Below are positions 58,238 through 64,000 of a stretch of 64,000 nt of DNA, piece after piece. The DNA lies in NCBI RefSeq assembly GCF_002506515.1, contig NZ_DAXS01000068.1, positions 20,927 to 84,926 on the forward strand, given 5' to 3'. The stretch is from Caldivirga sp. UBA161 (GTDB lineage: Archaea; Thermoproteota; Thermoprotei; Thermoproteales; Thermocladiaceae). Both the position numbers and the translations under genes were made by a program. Under the pieces are notes generated by a model. That model saw only the letters and a list, made by a program, of their open reading frames with translations. It was not told the origin of the DNA and made no database searches. Positions within the stretch are counted from its first letter, which is position 1, and the number at the start of each line of letters is the position of its first letter.

Positions 58238-59617
58238 GTGGTTAATGTGGGTAAACTATTCGGTACCAATGGAGTTAGGTTAGAGTTCACTAAGGGTAAT
58301 TACGACCCAAGCTTCCTAGTGAAGCTAGTGGGGGCTATAGCAACCTACATTAATACCGGTGATGTATTATTGGGTTTTGACATTAGAGTAACCAGCCTAC
58401 CCATAGTAGGGATACTCTATGGGGCATTATCAATGTATGGTATTAACGTTGATGTAATAGGACCGTTACCAACACCAATACATCAATACTTAACTAAGGC
58501 CTGGGGTTATAGGGCTGGCATAATGGTTACCGCCAGTCATAATCCACCACATTACAATGGTATTAAACTAATGGATAGTAATGGTGTTGAAATCAGTAGG
58601 AAGATTGAGGAGGAGATTGAGTCGGTATTCTTCAGTGGCAAGTATAAGGAGGCCGTTGATTATAAGGATATTGGAGTTACCAGATTCATGAATGTTGAGG
58701 AGGGGTTAAGGGATTATAGGGATCATTTACTAAGCATAATTAATGATGAACCAATTAAGCGTAGGGGATTCAGAATAGTGGCTGACTTCGCCAACAGCGT
58801 AAACTCAATAGCCCTCTCGCATGTTTTAAGGGGACTTAACGTAAAGGTTTACTCAATTAATGGCCACCTTGATGGTGAATTCCCAGGTAGGAACCCTGAA
58901 CCGAGGCCTGAGAACCTTAACTTGGCATCAAGGGCTGTGGTTGAGTCAGGGGCTGACTTTGGTGTTGCATATGATGGTGATGGTGATAGGTCACTCTTCA
59001 TTGACGAGAAGGGTAACGTCATATGGGGGGATAGGACAGGTACAATACTTGCCTTATCCATGATTAAGAGTGGTGATAAAGTGGTTACACCGGTGTCGTC
59101 AAGCATAGTTGTTAAGTGGGCTATAGAGGAGGCTGGTGGTAAGGTTATTTGGACCAGGGTTGGTTCAGTTGATGTTAGTCATAAGGTTATTGAGGAGGAG
59201 GCCTTATGCGGCTTTGAGGATAATGGTGGATTCATATGGCCTAAACACCATCCAGTGAGGGATGGCATATCAACAACATTACTAATGATGAAAGTCCTAT
59301 CCGAGGAGAATGCTAAGTTATCTGAACTCAACGCAAGAATGCCAACAATGTTAACTGTAAGGGAGAGGGTGGAGATGAGTAGGGATCTTGCAGGGAGAAT
59401 CGTTGATGCGCTTAAGGGTAGGAATTGGGGTGGTGAAGTTATTACAATAGATGGGCTTAGGGTTAACTACACAGATTCCTGGTTCCTAGTGAGGCCAAGT
59501 GGTACCGAGAATTTACTTAGGGTTGTTATTGAAGCATCAAGTAATGATAGGTTCAATATCCTTAAGCATGAGGTAATGGATAGTATAGGGAATGAGCTTA
59601 AGAAATTAGTGAAGTAG
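58238..59617 (+). CDS. alpha-D-phosphohexomutase (phosphoglucosamine mutase / phosphomannomutase-phosphoglucomutase)
   Basis: 459-aa ORF with a GTG start. It has the active-site loop TASHNPPHYNGIK, the metal loop AYDGDGDR, GFEDNGG and RPSGTE. Confidence 0.88.
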   Translation: MVNVGKLFGTNGVRLEFTKGNYDPSFLVKLVGAIATYINTGDVLLGFDIRVTSLPIVGILYGALSMYGINVDVIGPLPTPIHQYLTKAWGYRAGIMVTASHNPPHYNGIKLMDSNGVEISRKIEEEIESVFFSGKYKEAVDYKDIGVTRFMNVEEGLRDYRDHLLSIINDEPIKRRGFRIVADFANSVNSIALSHVLRGLNVKVYSINGHLDGEFPGRNPEPRPENLNLASRAVVESGADFGVAYDGDGDRSLFIDEKGNVIWGDRTGTILALSMIKSGDKVVTPVSSSIVVKWAIEEAGGKVIWTRVGSVDVSHKVIEEEALCGFEDNGGFIWPKHHPVRDGISTTLLMMKVLSEENAKLSELNARMPTMLTVRERVEMSRDLAGRIVDALKGRNWGGEVITIDGLRVNYTDSWFLVRPSGTENLLRVVIEASSNDRFNILKHEVMDSIGNELKKLVK

Positions 59618-59713
59618 CATTAAAAGAGATAATATAGACCTTAGGCTCGCTTAATTTTACTTTTGCCGCAACGCCAGAAACTCTTAAAAAGCTTAATAAA
59701 CTATGTTTAATTA

Positions 59714-60277
59714 ATGAGCTTTGATTCAGCTAAGGTACTAGCTGGCATAGGTGCTTTACTGGCTGGAATTGGCATATTTGGTTACGTTATACCGTCAATA
59801 ATAGGTTTAATACTATTCCTAGTGGGTATGATGGAGTTAGCCGATTACTTTAATGATAGGGGGCTTAAGTCAGATATAATGAATTGGTTCATACTAGGAT
59901 TAATAGCCTTGATAGTGTTGACTGCTGGTGTTTTCCTAGCAATAATACCATTCACAATCTCATTCAGTGGAATGCACATGAATTACCCAATGATACCATA
60001 CCACCCCTATCACCCATTTTTAACTAGTCTACTGATCATCATAGTAGTAATTGTTACAACTGCATTATTCTTCCTATTATCCGCAATCTACCTGCGTAGA
60101 GCAATGAACAACATGAGTTCACGTACTGGTGAAAAATTGTTTGAGTCAGGGGGCTTAATATACTTAATTGGAGCAATTTTAACATTCATAATGATAGGTG
60201 TATTAGTAATTCTAGTAGCTTGGATAATCATAGGCGTGGCATTATTAAGCATTAAGGAACCAGGAAAGAGCACTTAA
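59714..60277 (+). CDS. DUF996-like archaeal membrane protein
   Basis: 187-aa ORF with 5 TMs. The N-terminal AKVLAGIGALLAGIG...IIGLILFLVGM pattern resembles DUF996. Confidence 0.45.
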   Translation: MSFDSAKVLAGIGALLAGIGIFGYVIPSIIGLILFLVGMMELADYFNDRGLKSDIMNWFILGLIALIVLTAGVFLAIIPFTISFSGMHMNYPMIPYHPYHPFLTSLLIIIVVIVTTALFFLLSAIYLRRAMNNMSSRTGEKLFESGGLIYLIGAILTFIMIGVLVILVAWIIIGVALLSIKEPGKST

Positions 60278-61242
60278 GTAAATGGATTTAAGGATGCCTC
60301 ATACCACCTCCTCGCAATTATGTTTTTCAACCACCCTGGAAGTAAAGCCATCAGGTAATACTTAAATGTATGTGAATTTAAGTACCTTAGGCTTAATTCA
60401 CCCTGCCCATTAAAGATTCGAGCAATAGCATTATACATAATACTCTCCACACACGCGTACCTTTCAAACTTACTACCTTTAGTCATTTCGCATATTATTG
60501 CGTAATCGTGAATAACTCTATTGATTAATATTCTCATTGATTCAACGTAATCATTAAATGAACTAAGCCGACCTCTACTGACGTTACCCTCATGTACCCT
60601 ATATTTAGTTAATTTATCAGGTATTAGTAATGCCAGGCCACCGTTAAGCGCGGCACTATAGTAAAGTACTGAATCTGAAATTACACTGATTTGACTCACA
60701 TAATGCTTAACCTTCATTAACACCTCCCTTCTAATCGATATTGAACTAGCATTAAAGGCCGCGCCAGCCCAAAGCCATCTATTGAATTCATAATCATCAC
60801 TTAGATTAAATATTACCTGTTGATTAATTTGAGAACAAGGCTTAACGTATGGTGGTATCCTAAAGTGGTACCTCACTTTACGTACTTCCATGCCACTGTT
60901 GGTAATGCATGAGGTCGAATTGTGAACATAGGTTAATTCACTAATATTTTCAAAGAACATACTCACTACATTTACCTTATTTTTCTCGAATTCATCATCA
61001 TCGTCGAGGAACATTATAATGTCACCTGTGGCCTCTTCAGCGGCTTCAATAATCTTCTTACCTATATGGGGTGAATCATCATCAATAACCTTAACCGAAC
61101 CCTCAAGTAACCTTACTTCAGGGCTCTTAACTACAATAATCTCATCAGGTTGCCTACTCTGAGCCTTAATGGATTTAATTGCTAGAGGTAAATAAGCCTG
61201 CCTCCTATAACATGTTACTACTATGGTTACCTTAATACTCAT
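60274..61242 (-). CDS. Family-2 glycosyltransferase (soluble GT-A)
   Basis: 322-aa ORF with VTIVVTCYRR at the N-terminus and a DxD-type FLDDDDEF. Confidence 0.75.
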   Translation of the reverse strand: MSIKVTIVVTCYRRQAYLPLAIKSIKAQSRQPDEIIVVKSPEVRLLEGSVKVIDDDSPHIGKKIIEAAEEATGDIIMFLDDDDEFEKNKVNVVSMFFENISELTYVHNSTSCITNSGMEVRKVRYHFRIPPYVKPCSQINQQVIFNLSDDYEFNRWLWAGAAFNASSISIRREVLMKVKHYVSQISVISDSVLYYSAALNGGLALLIPDKLTKYRVHEGNVSRGRLSSFNDYVESMRILINRVIHDYAIICEMTKGSKFERYACVESIMYNAIARIFNGQGELSLRYLNSHTFKYYLMALLPGWLKNIIARRWYEASLNPFT

Positions 61243-61337
61243 TTAATTCTCCAAGCCTAATACCTTACATTAAATTAAAGGATTATCATTATGGTAAACA
61301 CTAAGCTTAAGTTAGGCTACTCTCTGAAAATAATTAA

Positions 61338-61802
61338 TCACTTAACCTGCATTAGCCTTTTCTCAAGTCTAGTGATTAACTTAGCCATAACTCCCTTAGC
61401 AACCTCATTATCAATAACCCTACTTGAACTATCTTTGCATGCGCCAGCACACCAATACTCATGGATTAGCAATACTAATGCTGTTAACTCCATTAATTCA
61501 GGGTCCCTGTACCTTAAATGCTCAGCAATGGTCATCATTAGTTTAATAGGCATTGTAGCTATTATTAATTCACTAGCGTTAACCTTAATATTACCTCTAA
61601 TTCTCTTGAAACCACTTACCTTAATTAAGTCGCTGTTAATGCCAGCTAAGTATGATAAGTAAGCCCGCCATGCCTGAATGATATTAAATGCCGCACTCCT
61701 TAATAAGCCAGACTTTAGGAATGCCTTAGCTAACTCTAATTCAACCCTACTTTCATTTAATCTTAATTCACTAATTTCGCTAATATTTAAGTGAACTCGC
61801 AT
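61338..61802 (-). CDS. PaREP1-family (HEPN-related helical) protein
   Basis: 154-aa ORF. ESRVELELAKAFLKSGLLRSAAFNIIQAWRAYLSYLAG resembles the PaREP1 N-terminal helices (E..L..A..FL..GL.RNAA.K..QAWKA). Assignment is from memory. Confidence 0.5.
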   Translation of the reverse strand: MRVHLNISEISELRLNESRVELELAKAFLKSGLLRSAAFNIIQAWRAYLSYLAGINSDLIKVSGFKRIRGNIKVNASELIIATMPIKLMMTIAEHLRYRDPELMELTALVLLIHEYWCAGACKDSSSRVIDNEVAKGVMAKLITRLEKRLMQVK

Positions 61803-62025
61803 AAGTTACTATCACTAACCTGTATTTATACCAATCCTTAATTAATTAGGGAATTATACATTGATGAATACTTGAATAATCTAATTTAAAGATGATGGAA
61901 GGTATTTTCTAAGAAATCAAGTGTTGCTTAAGTATATAGTATATTTATGAATATGTTATAGTTGCACCAGCAATACCGAAAACTATATAAAACCTCACCT
62001 GATTGATGTATTTGAGGTGAGTAAA

Positions 62026-62232
62026 ATGAACATAAGAGCATCAATAAGAGTCATGAGTAGTTTATTAAGTGCAGGGAAAACTGCTGAAGCAAGTAATTCT
62101 GATTCCATAGCGGATGTTGAGGAGTATAAACAATTAAGAAGCAGAACTAATGAGGTATTAATGATGCCGAGTTTTAATGGCTTAATAGTGTTAATTTATG
62201 ATAAGAGGAGTGGTGCATATAGGTTAGCTTAA
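62026..62232 (+). CDS. Possible small protein (68 aa) with Shine-Dalgarno
   Basis: GAGGTGA (62014-62020) lies 5 nt upstream of ATG 62026, and a TATATAAAA-like box lies at 61984-61992. I recognise no homology. Confidence 0.3.
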   Translation: MNIRASIRVMSSLLSAGKTAEASNSDSIADVEEYKQLRSRTNEVLMMPSFNGLIVLIYDKRSGAYRLA

Positions 62233-62351
62233 CCTTTCCCTTGCTCTTAAAGGATTGAAACTCTAAGTACGTTATGCAATTCTGAGGCTCCCTCTAACTG
62301 ATGATGCTCCTAGTTTAATGCTTAAATATTGCAACCAATGATGCCTATTTA

Positions 62352-64000
62352 ATGGAATTTTCAATGAAAGTAAACCTAATAAACGACGATGCATTAAAGG
62401 TAAGCGTAATTAAAAGTGGTAGTAAGTACCGGGAATCCCCAGCTGTTGTTGTTAAACCAAGCGTTGAATTAGCAAGTGGTGAGAATAGGCTTGGCCCATG
62501 GCTTGTTAAAGTTGCTGGTGATTCCATTGATGTAAGTGTAAATAATATGAGTGCAGCATTAAGGTTTAGCTATAGTAATGATCAAATAATAGTAAGAGGT
62601 AATCTAGGCCTCAATGACTCTGTTTACGGACTTGGTGAAAAAGCACTACCATTGAATAGGAAAAGGTTTAGGGTAACCATGTGGAACACCGATGCCTATG
62701 GATATAGGTATGGTTCAGATCCATTATATGTGTCAATACCATTCTTCATAATTACAAATAAGAATGGGGCAATAGGCCACTTCGCTGATTCCACGGCTAA
62801 GGTAATTATTGATCTTGGTGCGGAGAAGGAGAATGAGTTCACAGTTATTGTAAATGATTACCAGTTAGATTACTACATTATTAGGGGGCCTAGGCTTAGG
62901 GATGTGGTTACTAGGTTCATTAACTTAACAGGTAAGCCTACCTTAATGCCTAAATGGGTACTTGGGCATCAGCAAAGTAGGTACAGTTACTACCCCCAGG
63001 ATAGGGTTATTGAGGTTATTAAGGCCTTTAAGGAGAAGGGACTGGATAATACTGTAGTTTACCTAGATATACATTACATGGATGGCTACAGGATATTCAC
63101 TTGGAATAAGGATAGGTTCCCTAACCCCATTGACTTAGCTAAGGTAGCTCATGAACTTGGCGTTAAATTAGTAACCATAGTGGATCCATACATTAAAGTT
63201 GATCCAAATTATCAAGTGTTTAAGGAGGGTATTAATGGCAACCATCTGTCGCTTGATGATGATGGTGGCTTATCTATAATTCAGGGTTGGCCAGGTAAAT
63301 CAGCGTTACCAGACTTCTTTAATAGGGAGGCTAGGGAGTGGTGGGCAAGCCTCATTGAGCGTTGGGTTAAGGAGTATGGTATTGATGGTATTTGGCTAGA
63401 CATGAATGAACCAGCGGCCTTCGATTACCCTAATCACACAGTCTCAAGTAAGACTATAACTCATAGGCTTGATGATGGTTCAAGGGTACCTCATGATTTC
63501 CTTCATAATGCATATGCACTATATGAGGCTATGGCGACATATGATGGTTTAGTTAAGGCAGGTAAAAGGCCATTCATATTATCCAGGGCTGGATACGCTG
63601 GAATACAGAGGTATGCTGCTGTGTGGACTGGTGATAATACTAGTAATTGGGAACATTTGAGGCTGCAATTGCAGATACTGTTGGGTTTAAGCATATCTGG
63701 CGTCACATTCATAGGATCTGATGTAGGTGGCTTTGCGAAGTACGTTCCAGGGGGTGGTGGGAACATGTTGTTTACCTTAAGCCCTGAACTACTGGTTAGG
63801 TGGTATGAGTGGGCTATTTTCTTCCCACTGCTGAGGAACCATGCCTCAATTGGATCACCTGATCAGGAACCATGGGCCTTTGGGCCGAGGACTCTTGAAT
63901 TAATTAAGAACCTTCTTAGGCTTAGGGCTAGGTTAACTCCATACCTATACTCACTAATGTGGCTTAGCCACGTTAATGGTGAACCAATAGTTAGGCCACT
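62352..64000 (+). CDS. GH31 alpha-glucosidase (MalA-like), 3'-truncated by window end
   Basis: This ORF is absent from the ORF track because it runs off the window. My own translation from ATG 62352/62364 gives ...YGLGEKA...MWNTD...GIDGIWLDMNEP (the GH31 nucleophile WxDMNE motif) ...WTGDN...GSDVGGF. A TTAAATATT box lies ~25 nt upstream. Confidence 0.85.
   Translation, partial: MEFSMKVNLINDDALKVSVIKSGSKYRESPAVVVKPSVELASGENRLGPWLVKVAGDSIDVSVNNMSAALRFSYSNDQIIVRGNLGLNDSVYGLGEKALPLNRKRFRVTMWNTDAYGYRYGSDPLYVSIPFFIITNKNGAIGHFADSTAKVIIDLGAEKENEFTVIVNDYQLDYYIIRGPRLRDVVTRFINLTGKPTLMPKWVLGHQQSRYSYYPQDRVIEVIKAFKEKGLDNTVVYLDIHYMDGYRIFTWNKDRFPNPIDLAKVAHELGVKLVTIVDPYIKVDPNYQVFKEGINGNHLSLDDDGGLSIIQGWPGKSALPDFFNREAREWWASLIERWVKEYGIDGIWLDMNEPAAFDYPNHTVSSKTITHRLDDGSRVPHDFLHNAYALYEAMATYDGLVKAGKRPFILSRAGYAGIQRYAAVWTGDNTSNWEHLRLQLQILLGLSISGVTFIGSDVGGFAKYVPGGGGNMLFTLSPELLVRWYEWAIFFPLLRNHASIGSPDQEPWAFGPRTLELIKNLLRLRARLTPYLYSLMWLSHVNGEPIVRP

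Noticed and set aside
61994-62021. 7-bp inverted repeat that could sequester the Shine-Dalgarno of the 68-aa ORF.
   Set aside because: If transcription starts ~25 nt downstream of the TATATAAAA box (61984-61992), the left arm would not be in the mRNA. It is kept only as a note inside the islet finding.
62298-62306. CTGATGATG (C-box-like) upstream of the GH31 gene.
   Set aside because: There is no matching CUGA D box or C'/D' pair at appropriate spacing downstream. The segment is better explained as promoter-proximal spacer, with a TTAAATATT TATA box at 62321-62330.
1-64000. CRISPR arrays, tRNA/rRNA genes, IS elements, integrases.
   Set aside because: Reading the intergenic regions, I saw no regularly spaced direct repeats, no T-arm-like GGTTCRAATCC (or its complement), no rRNA-like GC-rich blocks, and no ORF with transposase or integrase motifs. 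tRNAscan-SE, Infernal and ISfinder runs would be needed for certainty.

Overview
The window reads as a compact, moderately AT-rich chromosomal segment of a crenarchaeote. I guess Thermoproteales (Caldivirga/Vulcanisaeta-like) from a PaREP1-type gene, an archaeal NMN adenylyltransferase, a FlaJ-type membrane protein, and TATA-like boxes about 22-30 nt upstream of many start codons, which implies leaderless mRNAs. This is not a database identification. I support about 60 protein genes. Most are housekeeping or central metabolism: uS11, ThiL, NMNAT, DeoC, family-4 UDG, Nnr, AhcY, MoaA, MDH, PyrB, RNase Z, inositol-phosphate synthase, a phosphohexomutase and cytochrome bd oxidase. There is also a strong glycan and peptide degradation component: GH116, two GH31, GH20, M19, M24, M16 and M20 peptidases, an S66 LD-carboxypeptidase, a BadF-type sugar kinase and a DUF871/MupG-like protein. 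I found no rRNA, tRNA, CRISPR array, transposase or integrase. I cannot point to a confidently novel multi-gene system. The best candidates for follow-up are: (1) an 826-bp ORF-poor divergent spacer (52566-53391) with a hairpin that fits the K-turn consensus; (2) a PRC-barrel plus coiled-coil protein with CdvA-like architecture (39603-40298); (3) a translationally coupled pair of paralogous coiled-coil proteins with SHOCT-like motifs (18587-19890); (4) a dispersed gene set resembling bacterial muropeptide/MurNAc catabolism, in an organism that should lack murein; (5) a three-gene membrane operon of two FtsX-like proteins and a SpoIIM-like protein with no ATPase (9231-12029). All functional calls rest on motifs and architecture read by eye from the supplied translations. 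No searches were run, and start codons are often uncertain.
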